From NCBI GenBank assembly GCA_963662795.1, contig OY759746.1, positions 1,024,001 through 1,088,000 on the forward strand: 64,000 nucleotides of DNA, in the 5' to 3' direction. Below the pieces are notes generated by a model that ran no database searches, was not told the origin of the DNA, and saw only the letters and a list, made by a program, of their open reading frames with translations. The first letter of the stretch is position 1, and every line of letters begins with the position of its first letter. This DNA comes from Spirochaetia bacterium (lineage in GTDB: Bacteria > Spirochaetota > Spirochaetia > CADAEX01). Shown in pieces: positions 47,055 through 56,703 of the stretch. The position numbers were made by a program, and so were the translations under genes.

Positions 47055-48599
47055 TTAAAAAAAAAGAGTAAACAATTCTGATGAATAATTAAAAAAATAA
47101 ATGATAAAACCCAGAATCAATAGATAAACAAAGCAGAAAGGGAGAAGAAAATGGAATAAATCCCCCTCCCGCCCCCCGATCCCGGCAGCAGCTGCTGCTA
47201 CCGCAATGCTTTGAGGGGCTATCATCTTTCCGGCAGTTGCGCCTGCTATGTTTGCAGCGGCCAGCCAGTAGCCGCTTATACCGAGACTTAAAGCAACATC
47301 TTTCTGAAACTCTCCGAACAGGATGCAGGATGATGTGTCACTGCCGGTAATAAAGGTTCCAAGGGCACCGACGAACGGCGAAAACAGCGGATACAGAGAT
47401 CCGGTAATTTCAGCTGTACCGTTCGCCAGAAAATCTATCATTCCGCTATAGCGCATTATTGTCGCTGAGGCTACCAGGGAGATTATTGTAAGCGTAGTTT
47501 TCCCCAGTTTTCCCGCTGTCCGGATCAGTATAAAAAACGGCAGCGATAAGCCGTCCCCGCTGAGAATTGAAGATAAAAATACCGCCAGGGCAATAAGAAC
47601 ACCGGGTGTGGAAATCCAGTAAAACCTGATTATCTTGCCTGCAGATACGGGATAGAATTTAACCGCTGTGCTGAAAGAATCCAGATACTCCCTGACGGCA
47701 GGAAAAAGGGGACTTGCTAGTGCTATAAAAAATAAAACAAGGATATACACAAAAACAGCGTCTAAAATTTTTCCAGGCTGCACAGCAATACTTTTACAGG
47801 GTATTTCATGAGTATCTTTTTCAGCCGCAGCTTTTCTGAGTAAAGAGACCCCTATAATAAAAACAGTTCCGGAAAGTGAAGCAAGAATTGTCGCAAGCTG
47901 CGGTCCGATGTGAAGGGCAACAAGGAGATTGACAGAGGCAAAACCGAGCGAACCGGCTGCGGCTTCCGGAAAAAACCTCAGAGCTTTTTTCAGCGACCGT
48001 TCATTAACAATAACCAGAAGAAAAGGTATCAACAGGGTCACCGGGAGAAGCTGAAAAGCGATAAACGCTGTAAGCGTTGGGAGATCGAGATTTGTCATTA
48101 ACGCAAGAGTCATCGCCGGAATTCCGACTGCTCCCAAAGCTGTTGAAACAGTATTTGCAAGAAGGCATATTACAGCAGAATAAAAAGGATTAAAGCCTAA
48201 AGCCGTCATTATTCCGGCTGGAATTGCGACAGCCGTACCGTATCCGGCTATCCCTTCCAGGAAATTCCCGAGGCCCCAGGCAAGCAGAAGCACCTGGATA
48301 CTTTTTTCACTGCTGAAGGCAAGAATAATCTTTTTTACGGTTTCCATTCTTCCTGTTTCAGAAATATAGTTATATGAGAAAATCGCGGCAGCAATTACAA
48401 TAATTATCGGCCATAGTGCCATTGCACTTCCTTCTACAGCGCTTAATATAATCAAAACAGGTTCTTGCCTGAAAAAGATAAGAGCAGCTGCCGCAGAGGA
48501 AGCAAGAGCAGCAAGAGATGCATAAACCGGGGATATCTTTAAAGCACCGATCATGAGGATAAGGAGTGCAATTGGAACTAAAGCAATAAAGAACAGCAT
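47055..48599 (-). CDS. lctP: L-lactate permease (LctP family)
   Basis: FLEGIAGYGTAVAI, ANT...ALGAVGIP, GTFITGSDTSS..LFG..Q and GKMIAPQSIA motifs. Confidence 0.9.
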   Translation of the reverse strand: MLFFIALVPIALLILMIGALKISPVYASLAALASSAAAALIFFRQEPVLIILSAVEGSAMALWPIIIVIAAAIFSYNYISETGRMETVKKIILAFSSEKSIQVLLLAWGLGNFLEGIAGYGTAVAIPAGIMTALGFNPFYSAVICLLANTVSTALGAVGIPAMTLALMTNLDLPTLTAFIAFQLLPVTLLIPFLLVIVNERSLKKALRFFPEAAAGSLGFASVNLLVALHIGPQLATILASLSGTVFIIGVSLLRKAAAEKDTHEIPCKSIAVQPGKILDAVFVYILVLFFIALASPLFPAVREYLDSFSTAVKFYPVSAGKIIRFYWISTPGVLIALAVFLSSILSGDGLSLPFFILIRTAGKLGKTTLTIISLVASATIMRYSGMIDFLANGTAEITGSLYPLFSPFVGALGTFITGSDTSSCILFGEFQKDVALSLGISGYWLAAANIAGATAGKMIAPQSIAVAAAAAGIGGREGDLFHFLLPFCFVYLLILGFIIYFFNYSSELFTLFF

Positions 48600-48615
48600 T
48601 ATTCCCCCGGCCCCC

Positions 48616-49863
48616 TTAATTTTTCGACAGGATTATTTTAACGTTATTGATTTTTGTCATGGAAACCGAGTCCACAATAATCTCAGCGCCTTTAACTGAT
48701 ATTTTTTCTTTACGTTTGGGGATCCGGCCGAGTTCATCAATTATAAATCCACCGATTGTCTGGGAAAATCTTCCGATCGGCAGGCTTATTCCAAGGCTGT
48801 CATTGACAGTGCTGATCAGGGAGCTGCCGGTTACAATATATGTATTTTCACCGGTAATGGTTATTTTTTCATGCTCCGGAGAGTCGTCTTCATCATAAAG
48901 CTCACCGACTATTTCTTCTATAATATCCTCCACAGTCACAATTCCCGAAAGCCCGCTGTATTCATCAAGAATAATTGCCATATTTCTCTTTTCTTTCTGC
49001 ATCATGAAAAGCGCATCACGGATCTTTTTATTATCAGATAAAAAAAAGGGAGGAAGCATTATATCTTCGAGTTTAATATATTTTTTCTCTTCCCTGCAGC
49101 CTATATTCCTGACTATATCTTTTACAAGAACTATCCCCCTGATGTTCTCGGGGTTATCTTCATAAACCGGAATCCGTGAAAAGTTTTTGCCGGTAATAAG
49201 ATCAATTACATCAACTATCCTGCTGCTTTTATCAAGGCTGAAAACTTCTGTTCTGTGAGTCATTATACTGCTGATATTCTGCTGATCCAGCCTGAATACG
49301 GCATGCACCATATCTCTCTCATAATCTTCCAGTACCCCTTTGGCCTCGGCATATCTTACAAGTCTCAGGATAGCATCCATGGTAAGAGGGTCACGTGATT
49401 TGGGAGAAAGATAGCGGGTGATAAAACTGCTTATAAGAGTAATAAAATAAACAAAAGGGGAAAAGACAATAATAAACGCATTTATTATCGGAGCAGAAAA
49501 AACAGCGACAGCTTCATTATGGGCAAGCGCCAGATTCTTGGGGATTACTTCCCCGAAAATAAGTATCGCAAGTGTCAAAAGGCCTGTCATGTATCCTATA
49601 AAAGCATTCCCCAGCAGATCTATGGTTAGTCTGGTAGATATTACCGACAAAGATATATTTACAAGATTATTGCCGGCAAGAATTGCTGTAAGAAATTTTT
49701 CAGGTTTTTTTAAAAGCTTTCTAACCAGTTTTCCGCGATTTCCCCTTTTTTCCGCTATAGAGTCTATCTGAAAGGAGGAGAGGGAAGTAAACGCAGTTTC
49801 TGAAGAAGAAAAAAAACCTGATAAAATAAGCAGAGAGACAATTAAAGATATTTGACCAATCAT
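48616..49863 (-). CDS. HlyC/CorC (CNNM/DUF21-CBS) family Mg2+/Co2+ transporter-like protein
   Basis: SGFFSSSETAF, IFGEVIPKNLA, FSRIPVYE and DEYSG..GIVTVEDIIEEIVGE motifs. Confidence 0.92.
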   Translation of the reverse strand: MIGQISLIVSLLILSGFFSSSETAFTSLSSFQIDSIAEKRGNRGKLVRKLLKKPEKFLTAILAGNNLVNISLSVISTRLTIDLLGNAFIGYMTGLLTLAILIFGEVIPKNLALAHNEAVAVFSAPIINAFIIVFSPFVYFITLISSFITRYLSPKSRDPLTMDAILRLVRYAEAKGVLEDYERDMVHAVFRLDQQNISSIMTHRTEVFSLDKSSRIVDVIDLITGKNFSRIPVYEDNPENIRGIVLVKDIVRNIGCREEKKYIKLEDIMLPPFFLSDNKKIRDALFMMQKEKRNMAIILDEYSGLSGIVTVEDIIEEIVGELYDEDDSPEHEKITITGENTYIVTGSSLISTVNDSLGISLPIGRFSQTIGGFIIDELGRIPKRKEKISVKGAEIIVDSVSMTKINNVKIILSKN

Positions 49864-49933
49864 TTTATATTAAATTATTCCTAAAAAGCATTTTTGTCCA
49901 TCATTTAATGGCCGGCTGTCAAAACAGCTCATG

Positions 49934-51268
49934 TCATATCAGGCCGTCTGCATTTTTATCATCATTTTTGGGGATCAGCCCTGCCGCCGGCATTTTTTTC
50001 TCAAGCTGCGCCATCTGTCTGGCGACTTTTCTGATCTCATCCTTTAGAATAAAGATGCAGTCGCTTTCTTCCGCATAGCCTCTTACTATATCCTCGGCAA
50101 GGGCCCTGCAGGTGGGAGCCCCGCAGGAACCGCAGTCAAGGCCCGGCAGACTGCTGTTTATCTCTTCAAGTTTTTCCATCATCTTCATTGCAACCCTGAT
50201 ATCCTCATCAAGCTTCATTATGGGTTTTGAATAGATTTCATGGGTCCAGTTAAGGTCAAATCCGGGTCTCTTCAGGATATCACCGCTTATAAACGGATTG
50301 GTATTCTTTTTCACAAGATTCTTGACCGCCGAACGCGCTATAAATGTGTTTTCCACATTCATGATTCCGCCGACGCACCCTCCGGGACATGCCATTGCCT
50401 CGATAAAATCAATATCATCAATATTTTCGCTCTCAATCTGTTCAAGAACCTTTATCACCTGATGAATCCCGTCAACAGATATGCTCCTCAGCGCACCGAC
50501 AGCCTCGCCTTCACCGTCGCTGAACCCCCATCCGACACCCAGCCCGGAAGAGGCAGAATAACGGATAGGCTTATCTATTTTCCTTATTGCGCTTCTTAGG
50601 GGAAGATAGATATCCTTGGCAGCAATAACTCCGTCTACCCAGGATTCATGGTCTCCGATCGGAGACCTCACAGCGGTAACCTTTGCAGGACAGGGGGAAA
50701 TGAAAAAAACTCCTATATTTTTTTTATCTTTATGGATATATTTTTTTACAATCCTTGCCGCAAGCTCCATCGGAGACTGTATTTTTATGACATGTTCGAT
50801 AAGTGCCGGGAATTTAACCTGTATAAGCCTTACAACAGCGGGACAGGATGAAGAAATAAGAGGCTTTGGATATTTATCAGATTTAAGGAGATCCCTGGTA
50901 GCAATGGATACAATTTCAGCAGCCCGTGCAACTTCATATACATCATCAAAGCCTATATCAAGAAGCGCAGAGAGAATGTACTCAGGGCCGGGAATATCGC
51001 GGAACTGGCCGTAAAAACTCGGGGCAGGGATTGCGACCTTATAATCGTATTTTTCAATTATATCGAGCGGATCAGAAACAGCTTTCTTGGCATGAGAAGG
51101 GCAGGTCCTTATGCACTCGCCGCAATCGATGCACCTTTCGGTTATGATTACAGCTTTCCCGTCCCGGACCCTTATTGCCTCGGTCGGACAATTGGATATA
51201 CAGTTTGTGCACCCCCTGCAGAGGTCTTTATCAAGTGTTACTGAATGATAATACCTGTTCCTGTCCAT
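49934..51268 (-). CDS. Sensory-type [FeFe]-hydrogenase (group D/M2e-like): 2x[4Fe-4S] domain, H-domain and C-terminal FeS domain
   Basis: Two CxxCxxCxxxCP motifs; H-cluster motifs SSSCP, ISPCPAK and EAMACPGGCVGG; C-terminal LPGLDCGSCGAPTC...C. Confidence 0.85.
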   Translation of the reverse strand: MDRNRYYHSVTLDKDLCRGCTNCISNCPTEAIRVRDGKAVIITERCIDCGECIRTCPSHAKKAVSDPLDIIEKYDYKVAIPAPSFYGQFRDIPGPEYILSALLDIGFDDVYEVARAAEIVSIATRDLLKSDKYPKPLISSSCPAVVRLIQVKFPALIEHVIKIQSPMELAARIVKKYIHKDKKNIGVFFISPCPAKVTAVRSPIGDHESWVDGVIAAKDIYLPLRSAIRKIDKPIRYSASSGLGVGWGFSDGEGEAVGALRSISVDGIHQVIKVLEQIESENIDDIDFIEAMACPGGCVGGIMNVENTFIARSAVKNLVKKNTNPFISGDILKRPGFDLNWTHEIYSKPIMKLDEDIRVAMKMMEKLEEINSSLPGLDCGSCGAPTCRALAEDIVRGYAEESDCIFILKDEIRKVARQMAQLEKKMPAAGLIPKNDDKNADGLI

Positions 51269-51271
51269 TTC

Positions 51272-51694
51272 CTATTTATCCTGACCAATTTTAACTTTTA
51301 TTGTAACAATTGTCTCCACTCCCGGTATGCTTTTAATATCAAGGTAATCAGAATTTTTCTTTATATTAGGCAGCCCCATCCCTGCACCAAAGCCCATCTC
51401 CCGGATCAGATCGGAAGCAGTTGAATAGCCTTCCTGCATTGCAAGGGTTATATCAGGAATACCGGGACCGTGGTCTGTCAGGACAGCGGTAACAGCTTCA
51501 GGAGTTATCTCAATATCAACTGTTCCGCCGCCGCCGTGTATTACCATGTTTATTTCCGCCTCATAAAGCGATATCACCGCTTTTTTAACAATTGCCGGTG
51601 CTACTCCAAGCTGCATCAAATTCTTTTTCAGGCTGCTTGAGGCAATACCTGCAACAGACATATCATTGCCGGGCAGGGAATAATTAAGGTTCAT
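51272..51694 (-). CDS. RsbT/anti-sigma-type Ser/Thr kinase (GHKL)
   Basis: YEAEINMVIHGGGG, DHGPGIPDI..AMQEGYST and MGFGAGMGLPN motifs. Confidence 0.88.
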   Translation of the reverse strand: MNLNYSLPGNDMSVAGIASSSLKKNLMQLGVAPAIVKKAVISLYEAEINMVIHGGGGTVDIEITPEAVTAVLTDHGPGIPDITLAMQEGYSTASDLIREMGFGAGMGLPNIKKNSDYLDIKSIPGVETIVTIKVKIGQDK

Positions 51695-51710
51695 CCTTAG
51701 ACAGGTCCGG

Positions 51711-52265
51711 TTACCATCTGAAGTTGGCTACAGGCGGATAGGCTTTCCTGACAGACAGAGTAAGAACAAGTCCGCCTGTTACTCCGGCAATATTCTGAAT
51801 AATGTTGCCGGGCACTTCAATAAGCGCAGCTCCCGGGCCGACCATGAATACACCTGCAAGAAAATATCCTGAAGCCATAATTAATGTTCCTGTCAGAAAA
51901 CAGATTATACCTGTAATGAAAATACCGGCGGTTTTATTTTTCTCTCTGGAAAGAATCAGGTTATACACAATGCCCAGGAGAAAACCCTGAAGCCCGTGAA
52001 CAAAGAAGGAAATCGGGGCCCACTGACCGTAACCGCCGAGTATATCGGCAAAAGCAGTCCCTATGCCGCCTGCAAGAAACGCGGAAACAGGGCCGAATAC
52101 AAATGCCGCGAAATAGATTGCGACATCGCCCAGATTGATATAGCCGCGGGTCGGGGCTATCGGGATTCTTACGGCAACAGTAAAAATTGTTACAATTGCT
52201 GATAATACTGCTATTGCGGCTATTCTGAACGCTGCCGTATCTGTAAATTTATTCGAGTCTGACAT
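51711..52265 (-). CDS. ECF transporter S component
   Basis: IPIAPTRGYINLGD, GGIGTAFADIL.GY..WAP and GNIIQ motifs; six TM helices. Confidence 0.88.
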   Translation of the reverse strand: MSDSNKFTDTAAFRIAAIAVLSAIVTIFTVAVRIPIAPTRGYINLGDVAIYFAAFVFGPVSAFLAGGIGTAFADILGGYGQWAPISFFVHGLQGFLLGIVYNLILSREKNKTAGIFITGIICFLTGTLIMASGYFLAGVFMVGPGAALIEVPGNIIQNIAGVTGGLVLTLSVRKAYPPVANFRW

Positions 52266-52276
52266 TCCCTGTCTCC

Positions 52277-53053
52277 TTATAAAAAACTGTAGATAACAAT
52301 AATCAATATAAACGTAAATGACAATATTAGTTCCTTCCGTAATTCCTTAAGGCTTTTCATTTTCCTTATCTGTCCGGGTAAATTGTTCCTTCCGACACCG
52401 CGGGTTTCAAGCGCCATTGCAAGAGCCGGGATACTTTTAACAGCCTGGATCATAACAGAAGTAAGAACAGACAGAAGTTTTCTGAAACGGGAGGGAAAAT
52501 TCCACTTCGAAATATATGGGGAGTCTGCCGTGAGTCTCATTTTATGGGCATCAAGTGTCCCTTCATAAATTGACGAAATATAGGGGATATATCTGACAGT
52601 GAGCGATATCATAAGCGACAATCTGTATGAAAGTCCGAAGAATCTTAAGGCAAGGATAAAATCCTCAATTTTTGTCGTTCTCAGAAAGAGATAAAAAAGA
52701 AGAGTAAGACCGAGAAACCTTCCTGCAAGATGAAAAGACTCATAAAGGCCGGCACTGGTCAATAATGAACGGCCATTAATTGCAAGGTAAACTGTTCCCC
52801 CTGAATTGAACGGAGGAGTAAGAAGCATTATTAAAATAATAAGGGGAGCGATAATTTTTACAGGTTTTAAAATATCCCTGAACCCGGCAGAATAGATACC
52901 TGACGCAAAAATAAACAATAAAATACAATAATATTTGAATACAGGAAGAGGTACAAAAAAAAGGGCTGATAAAAAAAGGAGAAAAAAGAGTTTAATCCTC
53001 GGATCAAGCCTGTGCAGTACAGAGTTTCCCTTCAGGTATGTTTCGGTAAACAT
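52277..53053 (-). CDS. ecfT: ECF transporter T component
   Basis: SVLHRLDPRIK, RYIP, AHKMR and AMALETRG motifs. Confidence 0.9.
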   Translation of the reverse strand: MFTETYLKGNSVLHRLDPRIKLFFLLFLSALFFVPLPVFKYYCILLFIFASGIYSAGFRDILKPVKIIAPLIILIMLLTPPFNSGGTVYLAINGRSLLTSAGLYESFHLAGRFLGLTLLFYLFLRTTKIEDFILALRFFGLSYRLSLMISLTVRYIPYISSIYEGTLDAHKMRLTADSPYISKWNFPSRFRKLLSVLTSVMIQAVKSIPALAMALETRGVGRNNLPGQIRKMKSLKELRKELILSFTFILIIVIYSFL

Positions 53054-54561
53054 CAGAGGACCTCTGCCATTGAGATATCAAGCAGGTTTTTGAATCTTTC
53101 ATCAGAGCCGGCGCTTAAAAGACAGCCTCCCTCCATAATGAGGACCCTGTCCGCAAGACCGGCAGAGAGCCTCATATCGTGAGAGATGATCATGACAGCA
53201 GGCGGGGGATCAAGATTTCTAAGACTTTTTAATATCAGGGTATAATCATTGAAAGAAAGCCCTGAATCTGCCTCATCAATTATTAAAATCTTTTTGTTCA
53301 GTAAAAAATAGATCGCAGCCTGAAGCCTCTTCCTGGCTCCGTAGCTCATTATCGCAGGCGGGGCATCAATACTTTCGAGACGGAAAAGCGTTACAGCCTG
53401 CTCTATCATCTTTTTCTGCGCTTCTTTATCAATTTTGCCGGGTTTAAGACCGAATGCAAGTTCTTCCCCCACAGTCGGGAGGAAAAGCTGAAAATCGGGA
53501 TTCTGAAAAAGGTAGGCTGTATTTCTGTTAAGTTCATCCGGAGAAGAGGAGGCCATCTGCCCTTTATTCTCAAGCGAAACACTTCCGCTCTCAGGAATCA
53601 ACAGACCGCTTATAATCTTTGCAAGAGTTGATTTGCCTGAGCCGTTCCTGCCGAGAAGCACTGTAACTTCTCCGCTCTTTAAATAAAAATCATCAATATT
53701 GAGAGAAAATTCCGAATCCGGATATCTGAATTTAATTCCTGAAGCTTTTACCAGAACAGGCGAGTCAGCTGAATCTTTGTCAGCAGGGAGTCTTTTTATG
53801 TTCGCCTTAAGTTTATTGCTGTCAAGATATACACCGCATTTAAGGGCTTTTTCCATAAATACACGGTCCGGCTTTATTTTTTCATCCAGAAGGGAGCCAG
53901 CGTCATAGAGAAAAAAACTGCCGCAGTATTTTCTGTAGATATCAAGCATTTTGGAAGTCAGGATAAGGACTGTTTTTTTCTCATTTTTAAGGAATTCGAG
54001 GAGGGAAATTCTCCCCTCCGGATCGATTTCTTCAAAGGTTTCATCAAGTATCCAGAGCTCCGGGTCAGATGCCGCAAGACACGCAAAAAGAAGCTTTCTC
54101 TTCTCTCCCCCTGAAAGATAAGCGGGATTCATCCCTCTTAAATGACCAATTTGTATTTTTGAAATTGCAAGATCAGTCTTGTTTTTTATTATATTATAAT
54201 CATGACCGGAAGATTCCAGCGAAAACCCGATTTCACTTTCAACCTGAGGCGTTAAAATCTGTTCTTCCGGATTCTGAAAAACAATTCCTGCCCTGCTTAG
54301 CAGGTTATACGGTTTTTCTTTTTTTATATCTGTATCTCCGATGGAAATTTCTCCATCAAGAATGCCGCCTGTATACCTCGGGACAAGAGCAGTTATTATT
54401 CTTGAGAGCGTAGTTTTACCTGATTCAGGAGGAGCAAGAAATACCGCAATCTCCCCCCTGTCAACAGAAAGAGATAAATCCTTAAAAATATATCTTTTTT
54501 TTATCCCCCTGTATTCCGGATAGATAAATGAAAGATTTCTGATTTCAAGAAAAGCTGCCAT
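53053..54561 (-). CDS. ECF transporter fused double ATPase (EcfA-A')
   Basis: Two ABC domains (degenerate APPESGKT and GRNGSGKST), FQNP twice, LSGGE and MSYG signatures. Confidence 0.88.
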   Translation of the reverse strand: MAAFLEIRNLSFIYPEYRGIKKRYIFKDLSLSVDRGEIAVFLAPPESGKTTLSRIITALVPRYTGGILDGEISIGDTDIKKEKPYNLLSRAGIVFQNPEEQILTPQVESEIGFSLESSGHDYNIIKNKTDLAISKIQIGHLRGMNPAYLSGGEKRKLLFACLAASDPELWILDETFEEIDPEGRISLLEFLKNEKKTVLILTSKMLDIYRKYCGSFFLYDAGSLLDEKIKPDRVFMEKALKCGVYLDSNKLKANIKRLPADKDSADSPVLVKASGIKFRYPDSEFSLNIDDFYLKSGEVTVLLGRNGSGKSTLAKIISGLLIPESGSVSLENKGQMASSSPDELNRNTAYLFQNPDFQLFLPTVGEELAFGLKPGKIDKEAQKKMIEQAVTLFRLESIDAPPAIMSYGARKRLQAAIYFLLNKKILIIDEADSGLSFNDYTLILKSLRNLDPPPAVMIISHDMRLSAGLADRVLIMEGGCLLSAGSDERFKNLLDISMAEVL

Positions 54562-54567
54562 GAAGAA

Positions 54568-54596
54568 ATAGTAGCAGATTAAAGGGTTTGTGTCTT
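54568..54596 (-). promoter_or_regulatory. Promoter, leaderless geometry (ecf operon)
   Basis: AAGACA-17 bp-TACTAT with a TGn extension, 6 nt to the ATG, and no SD. Confidence 0.55.
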
Positions 54597-54665
54597 TATA
54601 CTGAGGAAAAACAGATGATGACGCAGAGGGGGGGCCTTAAGCACCCCGCCCCGCGTGTAATACAT

Positions 54666-54688
54666 AAAAACGGGTTTGCCGTTTTTTT
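54666..54688 (-). terminator. Terminator after fabF
   Basis: AAAAACGG-loop-CCGTTTTT inverted repeat directly after the stop codon. Confidence 0.55.
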
Positions 54689-55928
54689 ACATCTTTGTAA
54701 AAAGGACAACAGCATTGTGCCCGCCGAAACCAAGTGAATTGGATATAGCTGCGTCAATTTTTCCGCTTTCCCCCTTATTGGGAACATAATCGAGATCACA
54801 GTCAGGATCAGGGTTCTCATAATTGATTGTCGGGGGAAAATACTGGTCCCTTATCGCAAGAATGGTTGCGACAGCCTCTATCCCGCCTGCAGCTCCTATA
54901 CAGTGGCCGGTCATGGATTTTGTTGAGGAGACTTTAAGGCCTGAATATGCGTGTTCACCAAAAACTTTTCTTATCGCAAGAGATTCAGTTTTGTCATTAA
55001 GCGGTGTCGAAGTTCCGTGAGCATTGACATAGTCTATATCGACAGGATTAAGCCCTGCGGCATTGATAGCCATATTCATAGCCTGTATTGCGCCCCTCCC
55101 CTCCGGATGGGGTGCTGTAATATGATTCGCATCGCATGAGATACCGTAGCCTGAAAGTTCGCAGTATATTCTTGCGCCCCTTCTCACGGCATGTTCGTAT
55201 TCTTCAAGTACAAGAATACCGGCCCCTTCGCCCATTACAAATCCGTCCCTTTCCCTGTCGAACGGCCTGCTAGCCCTTTCAGGCGTATCGCAGTATCTGC
55301 TGCTCAGTGCCTGTATCACGCAGAAGCCGGCAAGTCCGAGTTTCGTAATCGATGCTTCAACACCGCCGGCAACCATCACGTCCGCGGTACCGTTCTGTAT
55401 CCACATTGCAGCGTTTCCAATCGCATCTGTGCCTGATGCGCACGCTGTTACAATAGAGTAACACGGCCCCTGGGCATTAAGAAGGATTCCGACATTACCG
55501 GGAGCAATATTTGTAATCAGCTTGGGTATTGTAAGGACAGGGATTCTCCTGGGCCCTTTTGTAAGAAGCTTTTCATACCCTTCTTCTACAGATTCAAACC
55601 CGCCTATGCCGTTTCCAATCACTATGCCTAGCTTTTGGGGGTCAACTGTTCCCTCTTTTATGGCAGCATCTGTCATCGCCTCTTTTGTCGCGGCAAGAGC
55701 GTAAAGGGTAAACCTGTCAAGCTTTTTTGCCTCTCTCGGTTCCGCAACTGATGAGACATCAAAATCCTTTACTTCACCCGCTATTGATACAGGATATTCA
55801 TCAGTATTAAACCTTGTGATCTTTCCAATCCCTGATTTACCCTCTTTTATTGACTGCCAGAAAGATGCGGTATCATTACCTATCGGGGATATTGTACCAA
55901 GCCCTGTAACAACTACTCTTCTTTTCAT
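54687..55928 (-). CDS. fabF: Beta-ketoacyl-ACP synthase II
   Basis: RRVVVTGLG, TACASG, NAHGTST and KSMTGH motifs (C-H-H triad). Confidence 0.97.
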   Translation of the reverse strand: MKRRVVVTGLGTISPIGNDTASFWQSIKEGKSGIGKITRFNTDEYPVSIAGEVKDFDVSSVAEPREAKKLDRFTLYALAATKEAMTDAAIKEGTVDPQKLGIVIGNGIGGFESVEEGYEKLLTKGPRRIPVLTIPKLITNIAPGNVGILLNAQGPCYSIVTACASGTDAIGNAAMWIQNGTADVMVAGGVEASITKLGLAGFCVIQALSSRYCDTPERASRPFDRERDGFVMGEGAGILVLEEYEHAVRRGARIYCELSGYGISCDANHITAPHPEGRGAIQAMNMAINAAGLNPVDIDYVNAHGTSTPLNDKTESLAIRKVFGEHAYSGLKVSSTKSMTGHCIGAAGGIEAVATILAIRDQYFPPTINYENPDPDCDLDYVPNKGESGKIDAAISNSLGFGGHNAVVLFTKM

Positions 55929-55939
55929 TATATATTCAC

Positions 55940-56683
55940 CTACATTCCCATTCCGCCGTCAATATTTATGACCTGGCCTGTTACATAAGATGAAAGTTCA
56001 GATGCGAGGAAAAGAACGACAGAGGCAACTTCCGAGGGAAGTCCAAGCCTTGCAAGAGGAATTTTGTCATAAAGCGCTTTAATCTGATTCTCGTTAAGCT
56101 TGTCTGTCATCGGGGTTTTAATGAAACCGGGGGCAACTGCGTTAACCCTTACTCCGCGGGATGAAACCTCACGCGCAAGGCTTTTTGTAAAACCTATAAG
56201 GCCTGCCTTTGAAGCTGAATAGTTGCACTGGCCGGCATTCCCTATTACTCCTACAATTGAGGCAATATTTATAATTGCACCGCCCCTCTGCTTTATCATT
56301 GCTTTTGAGATTACCCTGCTGATATAAAAAGCGCTTGTGAGATTTATTTTCAATACATCATCCCAGTCCTTTGAAGACATTCTGAAAATCAGTCCGTCTC
56401 TTGTTATTCCCGCATTGTTTACAAGGATATCGATTCCGCCGCTTTCCGTGAGAATTTTCTCGCAGACAGCAGTCACTTCATCTTCATCGGCAACATTTGC
56501 CTTGCTGAAATAAACCTCAGCTCCGTTTGCTTTGGCAAGCGCTTTATATTCTTCCATAAATTCGCTTTCATTCAAATCGAGAAAATATACCGATGCACCA
56601 TTGCCAAGGAACGATAAAACTATTTCCCGTCCTATACCTCGTGATCCGCCTGTAATGAGCGCTTTTTTTCCTTTGATTAACAT
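55940..56683 (-). CDS. fabG: 3-oxoacyl-ACP reductase
   Basis: TGGSRGIG, NNAGITRD, NYSASKAG and VNAVAPGFI motifs. Confidence 0.96.
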   Translation of the reverse strand: MLIKGKKALITGGSRGIGREIVLSFLGNGASVYFLDLNESEFMEEYKALAKANGAEVYFSKANVADEDEVTAVCEKILTESGGIDILVNNAGITRDGLIFRMSSKDWDDVLKINLTSAFYISRVISKAMIKQRGGAIINIASIVGVIGNAGQCNYSASKAGLIGFTKSLAREVSSRGVRVNAVAPGFIKTPMTDKLNENQIKALYDKIPLARLGLPSEVASVVLFLASELSSYVTGQVINIDGGMGM

Positions 56684-56703
56684 GTAAAACCTCCTGTTCC
56701 GGT

